Of a stretch of 64,000 nt of DNA, positions 47,306 through 61,205 are shown one piece after another. The position numbers were made by a program, and so were the translations under genes. Numbering within the stretch: position 1 is the first letter of the stretch; each line of letters starts with the position of its first letter. Under the pieces are notes generated by a model. The model made no database searches. It saw only the letters and a list, made by a program, of their open reading frames with translations, and was not told the DNA's origin. Source of the DNA: Mobula hypostoma (Eukaryota). The DNA is taken from contig NC_086101.1 of NCBI RefSeq assembly GCF_963921235.1, positions 29,946,001 through 30,010,000 on the forward strand. Direction: 5' to 3'.

Positions 47306-50300
47306 TTACATTAAATGAAAATATTGAATAAAAGATCTCCAAGTCTGTTCAAATTTAAATGAGGAGTCATAAAGATTGCTTCTAATTTTCTCCAAGTTCA
47401 AGCATAATATCGTCTGAGAAAACCAAAAAAAGGTAGTTGGAGCATTAAGCTCTTTCCAATGTTGTAAGATACATCTTTTCGCCATTAAAGTAAGAAATGC
47501 AATCATTCTACGGGCTGAAGGGGAGAGATACTGGAAATTTTAGGTAGTCCAAAGATAGCAGTAATAGGGTGAGGAGAGATATCTATATTCAATACCTTGG
47601 AGATAATATTAAAAATGTCTCTCCAAAAAGTTTCCAAAGTAGGGCAAGACCAAAACATATGAGTTAAAGAGGCTATCTGCCCCGGACATCTATCACAAAA
47701 AGGATTAATATGAGAATAAAAGCGCGCTAACTTATCTTTGGACATATGTGCTCTATGAACAACTTTAAATTGAATTAGGGAATGTTTAGCACAGATAGAG
47801 GAAGTATTGACTAATTGTAAAATCTGCCCCCAGTCATCCACAGAAATGGTAAACCCCAATTCCTGTTCCCAATCTACCCTAATCTTATCAAATGGAGCTT
47901 TCCTAAGTTTCATAATAATATTATAAATCATAGCCGATGCACCTTTCTGACATGGATTAAGGTTGATTATAGTATCTGAAATGTATGTAGGAGGGAGCAT
48001 TGGAAAGAAAGAAAGTATAGTACTTAGAAAATTTCTAACTTGTAAATATCTAAAAAATGTATTCTTGATAAATTATATTTATTAGATAATTGTTCAAAAG
48101 ACATAAGGGAACCATCTAAAAATAAATCCAATAACCGTGAAATACCCTTAGTCTTCCAAATTTGAAAAGCACGATCCGTAAAAGAGGGAGGAAAAAATAT
48201 GTTACCTAAAATAGGAATCGCTAACCCAAATTGATTAAGATCAAAAAATTTTCTGAATTGAAACCAAATACGCAAGGTATATTTAACTATCGGGTTAGAC
48301 ACCTGTTTAAGGCGTTTCCAATCAAAAGGAAGAGAGGAACCTAAAATAAAGCCAAGTGTAAAACCCTGAACAGATTGTAATTCCAATGCTACCCATTTAG
48401 GAATGGGTAGTATATCCTGGTCCAGTAACCAGAATTTCATATGTCGAATATTAATTGCTCAATAATAAAATCTAAAGTTAGGTAATGCTAAGCCTCCATC
48501 TCTCTTAGCTTTCTGTAAATGTATTTTACCCAGTCTCGGGTTTTTATTCTGCCAAATAAATGAAGAAATTTTAGGGTCAACTTTGTCAAAAAAAGATTTT
48601 GGAACAAAGATTGGTAGCGTCTGAAATATATATAAAAATTTTGGCAAAAAAAAACATCTTAACTGCGTTAATAGGACCAATCAAAGTTAAATATAAAGGA
48701 AGCCATTTAGATGAAAGTTGAGTAATATGGTCTATTAATGGTAAAATGTTAGTCTTAAATAAATCTTTGTATTTACAAGTAATTTTAATCCCAAGATATG
48801 AAAAATAATTATTAAAATAATTATTAATCAATTTAAATGGAAATTTATAATATAAGGGAAGTTGTTTATTAATCGGAAAGAGTTCGCTCTTACTAAGATT
48901 TAATTTATAACCTGAAAAAAGACCAAATTGTGCTAATAACTCTAAAACAGCCGGGATGGATTTTTGAGGATTAGAAATATATAAAAGTAAATCATCAGCA
49001 TAGAGTGATAATTTATGGGACTTTAAGCCCCGAGTTATCCCAGTAATATTTGGAGATTCCCGAATGGCAATTGCAAGAGGTTCTAATGCAAAATCAAATA
49101 ATAAGGGACTAAGAGTACAGCCTTGTCGAGTACCTCGAAAAAGATGGAAAAAAGGAGAACTTAAAGAGTTAGTACGGACCGAGGCCACAGGAGAATAATA
49201 TAAGAGTTTAATCCAGGATATAAATTTCAAGCTGAAATTAAACCTTTCAAGCACCTTAAATAAATATGGCCATTCTACTCTATCAAAAGCTTTCTCGGCA
49301 TCTAAAGAGATAACACACTCAGGAACATTTTGTGAGGGGGTATAAACGATATTTAACAGTGTACGAATATTATAAAAAGAGTAACGACCTTTAATAAAAC
49401 CCGTTTGGTCTTCCGAAATAATAGAAGGAAGTACTTTTTCTAGTCTATTTGCTAATAACTTAGAAAAAACTTTAGAATCAACATTTAATAAAGATATCGG
49501 TCTATAAGATGCACATTGAGCAGGGTCTTTATCCTTCTTTAGTATTAGAGAAATTGATGCTCTATTAAAAGATTCAGGAAGTTTACCAAGTTTCAAAGAA
49601 GCCTCAAAAACCCTACAGAGCCAAGGAATCAATAAAGAAGCAAAACATTTATAAAATTCAACGGTAACCCCATCAGGGCCAGGAGCTTTCCCCAAATTCA
49701 TAGAAAAAATAACATTCTTAATCTCATCCATGGTAATAGGAGTATTTAACATAGAAGCCATATCCTGTGAAATCTCAGGGAAATCTAACTTATCTAAAAA
49801 ATCATTCATATATTTAGAATCTCGAGGAGACTCTGATTGATATAAGGAAGAGTAAAAATCACAGAAGGTTTGATTAATCCCCACATGATCAAATATTAGT
49901 CGATCATTTTGGTTATAAATCTGATTAATTTGAGATTTAGCATAATTAGACTTCAATTGATTAGCCAACAGTTTACCAATTTTGTCACTGTGTACATAAA
50001 ATTCACTTCTTGTTTTCTTTAATTGGTTTACAATCGAGGACGAGAGTAATAAACTGTGTTCCATTTGAAGTTCAGTTCTTTGTTTATATAACTCCTCAGA
50101 AGGAGCTATAACATATTTCTTATCAATTTCCTTAATCTTGTCCACAATTACCAACTCCTGCTGCTTCTGCTTCTTCCTCAAAGCAGCAGAATACGAGATA
50201 ATCTGACCACGAAAATAAGCTTTAAAAGTATCCCAAAGAATGTTAACAGAAATATCCTCTGTATAGTTAATTGCAAAAAATAGATCAATCTGTTCATTCA

Positions 50301-51093
50301 TAAAGTTAACAAAGTTCGAGTCCTGAAGCAACAGTGAATTAAAACGCCATTGTCTATTATTTTGTATATTGGCCAGAATTTTCATAGAAAGCTTAAGTGG
50401 AGCATGATCCGAAATGGTTATAGAATCATAATCACATTTAATCACTGAGGGAATAAGACGAGAATCAATAAAGAAATAATCAATTCTTGAATAGGAATGA
50501 TGAACATGTGAAAAAAAAGAAAAATCTTTTTCCTGAGGATGCAAAAAGCGCCAAATGTCCGTCGACCGAGAATCAGAAAGAAATAAATTAATCCAAGTTG
50601 TAGATTTATTAGGTAAGGTCCGTAAAGGAGCCGAACGGTCCAAAGCTGGAGACAAACAGGTATTAAGATCTCCGCCCCAGATCAATGAAAACTCATTCAA
50701 ATTCGGAAACTGATTAAATAATGATTTATAAAATTCCGGACAATCCATATTAGGAGCATAAACATTAACCAAAACTGCTTTTTTATTAAATAGTAAACCA
50801 CTAACCAATAGAAATCTACCATTCGGATCAGAAATAATATCATGTTGTATAAAAGTAACCGAGGAGTCTATAAAAATAGAGACGCCTCGAATCTTAGCAT
50901 TGGAGTTCGAATGAAACTGTTGGCCCTTCCAGAATTTAAAAAAACGTAGTCTGTCCCCTCTCTGCACACGGGTCTCTTGTAAAAATAAAATTTGTGCTTT
51001 AAGTCTCCGGAACACTTTAAAAACTTTTTTCCTTTTAATAGGATGATTAAGACCATTAGTATTCCAAGAGACAAAATTAATAATAGACTCCAT
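47306..51093 (-). pseudogene. L1 ORF2 (APE endonuclease-RT-CCHC), about 1260 codons, four lesions
   Basis: VSWNTNGL, LQET, GGDLN, RIDYF, SDHAP, SYRPISLLNVDSK, DAEKAFDRVEW, LYADD, CDRC...HMFWSC. Frameshifts at about 48650, 48055 and 47521; TGA at 48459-48461. Confidence 0.92.
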
Positions 51094-51812
51094 AAACCCT
51101 AAAGTCAACCCACAACAAGGAGGATTGACGATAGGCTCGACCCACGAACCCGGAGAGGGAACAGAACATACAAGAGATACCGGGAAGAAGAACGCAACCC
51201 ATACTTCAATAATGTATATAGCCCAAGAAGAAAGAAACTAAAAAGTGAAGCCCCTCCCACCACCCCCCACCCCATGTCCCAAAAGCTAAGTCTAACGCAG
51301 ACCAGCCCGAAAGAAGCAAGCACTAAAACTACCCCCATGACTTTCGGTATACGCTCCCTAAAAAAACAGTGTAAATATAAAAAAGATCAGCTGATTATAA
51401 TACAGTAAAAGAATAAAAAAAGATAACTCAATTAAAATTAACACATAACAAAATAAAAGCCAGAAAATATATGAAAAAAACCGCAATAAACCCCAGACCC
51501 ATGAATAAACAGAACAACAAAAAAAATAAGATTATTAACCTAAACTAGTTATAAAAACCTACAAAACAAAATAGATTTAAAAAAAACTACAAAATTTAAG
51601 ACCACAAAGGAAATACGTAAAATGACAATAAGGAAGTAACCACCCAGAATCCCCTGGGAAAAAGAAAGAAATGACGCAGTTAAAAAGAAAGTTTAGCAAC
51701 CATATTAAGTAACCAAAAAAAAATAAACTTTTCTGCCCACATAAGGCAAAAAAAAAATTAAGACTGACAAATTCACAGCCTCCGATCAGCGGAGATAGTT
51801 AAAAAATTACAA

Positions 51813-52676
51813 TTAAGATGTTAATGGTGAAAATTGATCCAAATAACCCTGGGCATCCGATGGAGAGTCAAAAAAACGGAGGGCTCCATCCGGCGTACGA
51901 ATCCTTAGACGTGCAGGGTAAAGAAGCGCTGGTCTTAAATCCATCTTGTAGAGTTCCGACATCACAGATCTGTAACGAACCCGTTGATCCCAGATTGGTT
52001 TACTGAAATCTTCCACGAATCGGAATTTAAGATCCAGAAAATCAATGAAACCCTTAGATCGAACGAATCGAAACAGTTTCTCCTTGTCTTGAAAGTAATG
52101 AAACCGTAAAATAACATGTCGAGGTCTATCTGACCTAGGCGAGTATGATGGAACTCTGTGAACACGATCCAATAACGGTGGTTGGTCAGGAAATACAGTA
52201 GGAAATGCATCTTTTAAAAGTTGAGAAAAATACTTCATAGGGTTATCAGATTCAACAGCTTCACGCACCCCAATCATTCGTAGATTCTGCCGTCGCATTC
52301 TAGATTCCAAGTCAGAGTTTTTAAAGGTCAGAAAATCAAGTTTCTTCTTCATTACATTAATTGTTTCTTCGATTTTCCCCATCTTAAGCTCACTTTGTTG
52401 TGTGGATTTTTGAAGATCAGATATAGCCGACTGATGTTCCGTAATAGATGTTTGTATCTTATCGATTGAATCGGCAATTTTCTGGAACTGAATTGAAATT
52501 TCCGCACGAATCAGCTCCGTAACAGAGGTTGAAATTTCCCTTTGAATTAACTCGGATATAGCTTTCAAAGTCACCGGTGGTTCAGTCGGAGGGAAATCGG
52601 TACCTTTCGGTTTAACCGGAGGTTTGCCATCCTTCCCATTTTTCCCATTCTTAGACATAGCAGATCTTAAACGCAT
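51813..52676 (-). CDS. L1 ORF1 protein, intact (287 aa)
   Basis: Coiled coil, then LESRMRRQNLRMIGVRE, LDRVHR, PRHVILRF, EDFS, LLYPARLRI. Confidence 0.9.
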   Translation of the reverse strand: MRLRSAMSKNGKNGKDGKPPVKPKGTDFPPTEPPVTLKAISELIQREISTSVTELIRAEISIQFQKIADSIDKIQTSITEHQSAISDLQKSTQQSELKMGKIEETINVMKKKLDFLTFKNSDLESRMRRQNLRMIGVREAVESDNPMKYFSQLLKDAFPTVFPDQPPLLDRVHRVPSYSPRSDRPRHVILRFHYFQDKEKLFRFVRSKGFIDFLDLKFRFVEDFSKPIWDQRVRYRSVMSELYKMDLRPALLYPARLRIRTPDGALRFFDSPSDAQGYLDQFSPLTS

Positions 52677-53029
52677 CCAGTTATCGAAGAGCTCAATTTA
52701 ATTCAAAGTATTGTAAAAGTTGATGCCTTAATGGTTACTTAAAATATAGCTGATCAGAAGAAAAAAAAACTCAGAGGTAATGGAGCGAGTCAAGACGCTC
52801 TTCCTGTAAGAGAACTGAAGTAGTTAGACACAGGGTATATTGTATTACAAAACAAATCAACCTTGCTTTTACTGTACCGCGTAATTCATTAGAGCAAGGT
52901 ACGGGACGAATCACACCTGTTTTGTGAATTGCCACACATTGGAAAAAATCCTTAAAGGAAAGTTGTTGATGTGAATAATGGAACTACTAAGGCTATCACC
53001 ATAGTAACCAAGGCAACTAAACGAAGGGC

Positions 53030-53400
53030 ATAAGACTATAAGATATAGAAGTATTAGGTCATTCAGGCCATCGAATCTGCTGCAATATTCTATCATGGCT
53101 GATTATTTTTTTTCAAAACCATTGTCTGCCTTCTCATAAAATTCAACTTGGTTCCTGCTCACTGCCTTAAATACATCCGTTGACTTGGCCTGCAGAGCCT
53201 TCTTTGACAGAGAATTCCATAGATTTTTCACCTTTTTCCTGAAGAAATTCCTGCCCATGTAACATTTACAGATGTGTCCCTTCAGCCGGAGTCGGCACCC
53301 TCGGATCGTAAGCTCTCCTACTAATGGAACATTCTCTCCACATGAAATGGTTAAAACAGGGACTCCACAGGTGAAAAAATATCATGCAGTCATGGTAATA
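53030..53400 (-). mobile_element. CR1 3' end, degenerate
   Basis: gtcattcaggccatcgaatctgctgc...gaattccatagattt, CR1 3' motifs. Confidence 0.65.
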
Positions 53401-53532
53401 TCTGACAACCATATCCTTTGTTCTTGGACTGTTGAATAATTGATAGCTGGAAGGATCCGTATTGGTGTTTTTTCTTTTTAACTGATCTCTGGGCGTGCTC
53501 AAGACTGCCTTGGTTTTTATAATCAGTGACGC

Positions 53533-53540
53533 AGAGAGAG

Positions 53541-53571
<31 letters not shown>

Positions 53572-53572
53572 G
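53533..53572. repeat. (AG)n microsatellite
   Basis: agagagagagagagaaagagagagaaagagagagagagag. Confidence 0.95.
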
Positions 53573-53824
53573 ATGGTATATAGTTCACTGTAAACTGAAC
53601 AGGTCTCTTCATACTCCTTTCAACAGCTGAATAAGAATATTTCTGTTTGATAGATTGTAGTAATGATTATCTTGTTCCCCGACATACGGCAAATATTCAA
53701 CAGATCAACATTCCTGCAGGTGTCATTGGACCAACTGTCGGAAACAATTGGAAGTGAATTTGCACAGATGCACTATTTCCTGAAAGAGGCACAAATTGTT
53801 AAGAAGCGTCAAACGGGAGAAAAC

Positions 53825-56800
53825 GAAAAGATGAACATAGAACATGCAATAGTACAGCACATTACAGGCCCTTCGGCCCACAATGTTGTGCTGACCCTTA
53901 AACCCTGACTCACATTAAATTCCTCCATATACCTGTCTAGTAGTCTCTTAAACTTCACTAGTATATCTGCCTCTACCACTGACTCAGGCAGTGAATTCAA
54001 CGCACCAACCACTCTCTGAGTAAAATACCTTCCTCTCTGAGTAAAATACCTTCCTCTCATATCCCCCTTGAACTTCCCACCACTTACCTTAAAGCCATGT
54101 CCTCTTGTATTGAGCAGTGGTGCCCAGGGGAACAGGCGCTGGCTATCCACTCTAAGTATTCCTCTTAAGATCTTGTACACCTCTATCATGTCTCCTCTCA
54201 TCCTCCTTCTCTCCAAAGAGTAAAGCCCTAGCTCCCTTTATCTCTGATCATAATCTATATTCTCTAAATCAGGCAACACCCTGGTAAATTTCCTCTGTAC
54301 CCTTTCCAATACTTCCACATCCTTCCTATACTGAGCCGACCAGAACTGGAAACAGTACTGCAAGTGTGGCCGAATCAGAGTTTTATAGAGCTGCATCATT
54401 ACATAGCGACTCTGAAACTCTGGCCCTTGACTTCGAAAGCTAACACCCCATAAGCTTTCTGAACTACCCTATCTACCCGTGAGGCAATTTTCAGGGATCT
54501 GAGGATATGTACCCCCAGATCCCTCTACTCCTCCACACTACCAAGCATCCTGCCATTTACTTTGTACTCTGCCTTGGAGTTTGTCCTTCCAAACTGTTTC
54601 ACCTCACACTTCTCCGGTTTGAACTCCATCTGCCACTTCTCAGCCAACTTCTACATCCTATCAAGTTCTCTCTGCAATATTCGACAATCCTCTACACTAT
54701 CCACACCACCAATCCTCTGTGTTGTCTGCAAGCTTGACAACCCACATTTCTACCCCCACATCCAGGTCGTTAACAAAACTCACGAAAAGTAGAGGTCCCA
54801 GAACACATCCTTTTTGGACACCACTAGTCACAACTCTCCATTGTGAATGTACCCCCTCCAACACGACCCACTGCCTTCTGCAGGCAAGCAAATTCTGAAT
54901 CCACGTGGCCAAACTTCCCTGGATCCCATGCCGTCTGACATTCTGAATAAGCCTACCGTGTGGTACCTTGTCAAAGGCCTTACTAAAATCCACGTAGATC
55001 AAATCCACTGCGCTACTCTCATCTACATGCCAGGTCACATCTTCAAAGAACTCTATCAGGCTTGTTAGACACAATCTGCCCTTCACAAAGCCATGTTGAC
55101 TGTCCCTGATCAGACCATGATTTTCTAAATGCCCATAGATCTTATCTCTAATAATCTTTTCCAACAGCTTTCCCACCACAGACGTCACGCTCATTGGTCT
55201 ATAATTACCCGGACTACCCCTACTACCTTTTCTGAACAAGGGGACAACATTCGGCACCCTCCAATCCTCCGGTACCATTCCAGTGGACAACGAGGACATA
55301 AAGATCCTAGCCAGAGGCTCAGCAGTCTCTTCCCTCGCATCGTGGAGCAGCCTGGGGAATACTCCTTCAGGCCCCGGGAACATATCCATCCTAATGTATT
55401 TTAACAACTGCAACACCTCCTCTCACTTAATATCAACATGCTGCAGAACATCAAGCTCACTCATATCGTCCTCGCCATCATCTCATTGGTAAATACCGAA
55501 GAGAAGTATTCATTGAGGACCTCGCTAACTTCCACAGCCTCCAGGCACATCTTCCCACCTTTATCTCTAATCGGTCCTACCTTCACTCCTGTCATTCTTT
55601 TGTTCTTCACATAACTGAAGAATGCCTTGGGGTTTTCCTTGACCCTTCTCGCCAAGGCCTTCTCATGCCCACTTCTTGCTCTTCTCAGCCCCTTCTTAAG
55701 TTCCTTTCTTGCTTCCCTATATTCCTCGATAGACCCACCTGAAGATTGCTTCCAAACCTCATGTATGCTGCCTTCTTCCACGTGACTAGATTTTCTCCCT
55801 CACTTGTCACCCATGGTTCCTTCACCCTACCATTCTTTATCTTACTCACCGTGACAAATTTATCGCTAGCATCCTGCAAGAGATCTCTAAACATCGACCA
55901 CATGCCCTTAGGACATTATCCTGCAAAAACATCATCCCAATTCACACCCGCAAGTTCTAGCCTTATAGCCTCATAATTTGCCCTTCCCCAATTAAAAAAA
56001 TTCCTGTCCTCTCCGATTCTATCCTTTCCCATGATAATACTAAATGCCAGAGAGCGGTGGTCACTGTCCCCCAGATGCTCACCCACTGAGATATCTGTGT
56101 CCCGCTCCGGTTCGTTACCTAGTACTGGATATAGTATGGCATTACCCCTAGACGGCTTGTCAACATACTGTGACAGGAATCCGTCCCTGACACACTGAAC
56201 AAACTTTGTCCCATTTAAACACTTGGAAGTAATAAGATGCCAATCAATATTTGGGAAGTTAAAGTCACCCATGATATCAACCCTGTTATTTTTGTGCCTT
56301 TCCAAAATCTGCCTCCCAATCTGCTCCTCTGTATCTCTGCAGCTACCAGGGGGCCTATAGAATACCCCCATTAGAGCAACTGCTCCCTTCCTGTTCCTGA
56401 CTTCCACCCATACTGACTCAAAGGAGTATCCTGCTACATTACCCACTTTTTCTGCAGCTGTAATAGTATCCCTGGCTGGTAATGTCACCCCTGCTCCCCT
56501 TTCACCCTCCCCCCATCTCTTTTGAAGCACTGAAACCCAGGAATATAGAGAATCCATTCCTGCCCTGGTGCCAGCCAAGTCTCTGTAATGGCCACTACAT
56601 CATAATTCCGTGTATGTATCCAAGCTCTCAGTTTGTTCCCAATGCTTCTTGCATTGAGTACACACACTTATCCCTTCTACCTTACTACTTTACACCCTTT
56701 CCTCAAAGCGTCTCTATATGTTACATCTAGTTTTACTCCATGCACTTCTTTCACTGCTCTATTGCTCCGGCTCCCGAACCATGCTAGCAAACTTACCTGC

Positions 56801-57320
56801 AAGGATATCGCTCCCCCTTGAGTTCAGGTTCACCCCATCCAATCTGTACAGATCCCACCTTCCCCAGAAGAGATCCGAATGATCCAAAAATCTAAAATCC
56901 TGCTCCCTGCACGAACTCCTCAGCCACGTATTTAACTGCCATCTCATCCAATTCTTACCATCACTGTCACGTTGCACTGGCAGCAGTCCTGAGAATATCA
57001 CCCTTGAGGTCCTGTTCTTCAGTCTTCTGCCTAGTTCCCGAAACTCACACTTCAGGACCTCATCCCTCTTCCTGCCATTGTCGTTGGTACCAACATGTAT
57101 CACGACTTCAGGTTGCTTTCCCTCTCGTACCAGGATGTCGTGCATCCGGTCAGAAACATCCCGTACTCTGGCACCCGGCAGGCAACAAACCATGCAGGCG
57201 CCCTTTTCACGTCCACAAAATCTCCTGACTTCTCCCCTGACTATAGAGTCTCCAATGACCACAGCTCTTCTCTTCTCCGTCCCATCCTTCTGCACCACAG
57301 AGTCAGACTCAGTGCCACTG
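53825..57320 (-). mobile_element. CR1 LINE (ORF1 3' part plus ORF2 with deletions) with (GAACATA)n tail
   Basis: ORF1 AVVIGDSIVRG...VIHVGTND (SGNH); ORF2 YDVVAITETWL, IMGDFNFPNIDW, YVDFSKAFDKVPH, ERRRMRGD. Confidence 0.92.
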
Positions 57321-58262
57321 ATATTGAAGAGACTGGACAAAATAGTGGCAGAAATTATCAACGACATATCAACTCTGGAGGAAAGAATTCTGGAGATAAA
57401 GTAACGACAGGATCTGAATCAAACTGTCGAAACACTCAAGGTAACTTTAATGTAAAATAGTGTGGCTGGATTTGGGAATTGCATCAATTTTGATGCTGAT
57501 GTTATTTTATGGATTGGTCAGACTGGACACCCAAGAGGTGACAGATTGCGAGGCTGCTGTGACCTTCACCTGTTTTTCCTTCCTCCTTTTTGGACACTGC
57601 CTCCAACCATATCACAAAAGGCCGCAGCTGTAGCATTTCAACTTCTTTACCCTCCTACGTCTGTTCCAGCATTTCCTCCTTCGTGTCCTGGCTGCCGACA
57701 AACAAAACGAGGGGTTCTGGGACATCACAGCAGCGGCATCCACTCTAGCCACTTCACACGATTTCCCTTGCAGTCTCTTTGGTCTGCCTCACTGGACCAC
57801 GAAACTATCGCAGAGTCGGTCGACCCCACCGTTATCGTTAAATCTAAAACTTTCTGGTGGGCTCAGCTCAGGCCATCCTTCGTCATTTTCAGAAAGACTT
57901 AGTCGACCCTACCTAGATTATCCAACCCAGAATACTCCTCATACACTCAATATTTGTGACCTGCATAATCCATGGCTCTCTCTTCAGCTTTTTGAATCAC
58001 TGTCATTATCGTTCTCCAGTTACTCTCACCTCCCTCCAAACGCTGCCACACTTCCCCTTTAAAAAGGCGGTATCTTTCATCGTTGCTGGCATTCACGGTA
58101 CTTGCCCATATACAATCCCACACCCCCTGGGCCATCGTGTCGCACATATTCCTCGGGCACTTCGCTTTTACCAACACGTGCATATACTTCCACGGTGCCT
58201 AGTGGCGACTCGAGTAGCAGCAATACTCTTAATGGATATAATTAAATATTCTCATTTCAGCC

Positions 58263-61205
58263 TGATAAGGCAAAAAGGCAGAACTGCTTCCAAACTCAGT
58301 GCAGCCAACAAAGATGTCTTAATGCATTTTAACGAGCTATCGCTGCTTAAAACCGACAGAAACACCACTGAATCCATGGAGGAAGCATGTGTGTAGATCG
58401 GGGTTATAAGTGTATTTAAGGAAACGAAGTTTTAAATTCCCAATACTGTCTATCTTGCTGGCAAACGTGAAGTCACTAGTGAATAAACTCGATGATCTCT
58501 GAGCTTGTGTGCTGAATCAAAGGTTCATTAGGACCGTGTGTGCCCTTTGTTTCATGGAATCCTGGTTAAATCCTTCCGTACTGAATGCAGCAATTCAGAC
58601 TGACAGGTTTACTTTACACAGTCAAGATAGGTTTTAGAGTCTCTCAAAAGAAGAGGTGGATTAGTATGCCTCATGATCAACTCTTCTCGGTTCACAAATA
58701 TATCAATGCTGTCTCAATTCTGTTCAACTGACCAGGAATATCTGGCAGTTAGTGACGTCCTTTCTACCTACCACAGGATTTCTCCGGGGTCATTTTGGTA
58801 GCAAAGGTACCTCAGGCCAATGTCAGTCAGGCTTTAGATAATCTGATAAATGGAATCAACATGCATGAAACAGTAAATTTTAACGCCTTCAACATTGTTT
58901 TGGGAAATTGTAACCAGGCCAATCTGAAAAAAAGGATACTGAACAATTAGCATCAACAGATCACTTGCAATAATAGAGGAAATAACACACTAGGCCACTG
59001 TTACACCACCGTCAAGAATGCATATTGTGTTATTCCACGCCTTCACTTTGGGACATTGGATCGTCTGACAGCATTTCTACTCTCTGACTATAGGCAGAGT
59101 CTAAAGTCTGCAGTACCAGTAGTGGGAACCAAGAAAGTACGGACAAGGGAAGCACAGGACGCGTGCAGGACTTCTTTGAATCGGTGGACTGGACTGTATT
59201 CAAGGGATTCATCGTCGAATCTGGATGAGTATGCTGACTTCATTAAAACCTGTGTGGATGAGTGTGGGCCTACAAAGACTTACTGTACATTCCCAAACAA
59301 AAAGCTGTCGATGAACCAGGAGGTCTGTCATCTTCTGATGGCTAGATCTGTGACATTCAAATCTGCTGACACAGGTATGATTTGCAGAGGGCTACTTCCA
59401 GAATGAAGAGACAATTTTGAATGAGGATGGAGGAGGACATCAGATGCCCGGCAACTCTGGCTAGGTTAGCAAGACATTACTTCCAACAAAGCGAAACTCA
59501 ATAGCATGAATGACCAGATGAACTCAACACCTTCTATGCCAGTATTAAAGGGAGAATACAACTACGGCTGTGAAGATCCCTGCTGCACCTGATGACCCTG
59601 TGAACTCTGTCTCAGAAGCCGATGTTAGGCCGTCTTTAAAAAGAGTGAACCCTCGCATGGCGGAATGTCCTGATGCAGTACCTGGTAAAGCTATAATAAC
59701 CTGTGCAAACCAGCTGGTGGAGTATTCAAGGAGATTTTCAATCTCTCACTGCTATGGGCGGAAGTTCCCACTTGCTTCAAAAACGCAACGATTATACAGG
59801 TGCCTAAGAAGAATAATGTGAGCTGCCTTAATGACTATCGTCCGGTAGCACTCACATTTACAGTGATTAAAATCTTTGAAAGGTTGCTCATGACTAGGCT
59901 GAACTCCTGCCTCAGCAAGGACTTGGACCATTGCAATTTGCCTATCGGCACAATAGGTCAATGGCAGATGCAATCTCAATAGCTCTCCGCATGGCTTTAG
60001 ACAACACAAATACCTAAGTGAGAATGCTGTTCATCAACCATAGCGCAGCATTTAATACGATTATTCCTACAATCCTGACTGCCAAATTTCAGAACCTGGG
60101 CCTCTCTACCTCCCTCTGCAATTGGATCCTCGACTTTCCATTCATGAGGCCGCAATCTACTTGGATTGGTGATGACATTTCCTCCTCGCTAATGATCAAC
60201 ACTGGTGCATCTCAGGGGTGTGTGCTTAGACCACTGTTCTACTCTCTATATATCCATGATTGTGTGGCGAGGCATAGCTCAAATACCATCTATAAATATG
60301 CTGACAATACAACCATTGTTAGTAGAATCTCAGGTGGTGACAAGAGGGTGTACAGGAGAGTGGTATGCCAACTAGTGGAGTGGTGCCGCAGCAAAAACTT
60401 AGCACTCAACGTCAGAAAGACGAAAGAATTGATTGTGGACTTCAGGAAGGGTAAGACGAAGGAACACATACCAATCCTCATAGAGGGCTCAGGAGTAGAG
60501 GGCGTGAGCAGTTTCAGGCTCCTGGGTGTCAAGATCTCTGAGGATCTAACCTGGTCGCTTCATATCAATGCAGTTATAAAGAAGACAAGACAGCGGCTAT
60601 ACTTCATAAGGAGTATAAAGCGATTTGATATGTCAACAAATATACTCACAAACTTCCGTGGAGAGCATTCTGAAAGGCTACGTCATGATCTGGCATGGTG
60701 GGGAGTCATGGTTTTACTGCACAGGACTGAAACAGGCTGCAGAGGATTGTAAATGTAGTCAGCTCCATCTTGGGTACAAGCCTACAAAGTACGCAGGGCA
60801 TCTTTAAGGAGCTGTGTGTCAGAACGGCACCATCCATTATGAAGTAACTCCAGTACCGAAGGCATGCCCTTTTATCACTGTTACCATCAGGTAGGAGGTA
60901 CAGAAGCCTGAAAGCACACACTCAGTGCTTCAGGAACAGCTTCGTTCCCTCTGCCATCATATTCCTAAATTGAACATGAACCCTTGGACACTACCTCACT
61001 TTTTAAATATATAGTATTTCTGTTTTTGCACGATTTTAATCTATTCAATACATGTCTACTGCAATTTATTTATTTATTTATTTATTTATTATTATTATTA
61101 TTTTATTTTGTGTTTTTCTTCTATATTATGTATTGCTTTGAACTGCTGCTGCTCAGTTAACAAATTTCACGTCACGTGCCATTGGTAATAGCCGTGATTC
61201 TGATA
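58263..61205 (+). mobile_element. Rex-Babar LINE (duplicate of 4683-7635)
   Basis: [42 protein letters not shown]. Confidence 0.88.

Larger units (their letters stand above)
46965..52793 (-). mobile_element. Full-length L1-clade LINE (about 5.8 kb) with a 12-bp TSD
   Basis: GACGCTCTTCCT at 46953-46964 and 52794-52805; AATAAA (rc 46980-46985) with a short A-rich tail; ORF1, a roughly 700-nt spacer, then ORF2. Confidence 0.95.

Noticed and set aside
51105-51338. 77-aa hydrophobic ORF in the L1 inter-ORF spacer
   Set aside because: T-rich low-complexity spacer that produces a hydrophobic translation; no evidence that it is coding.
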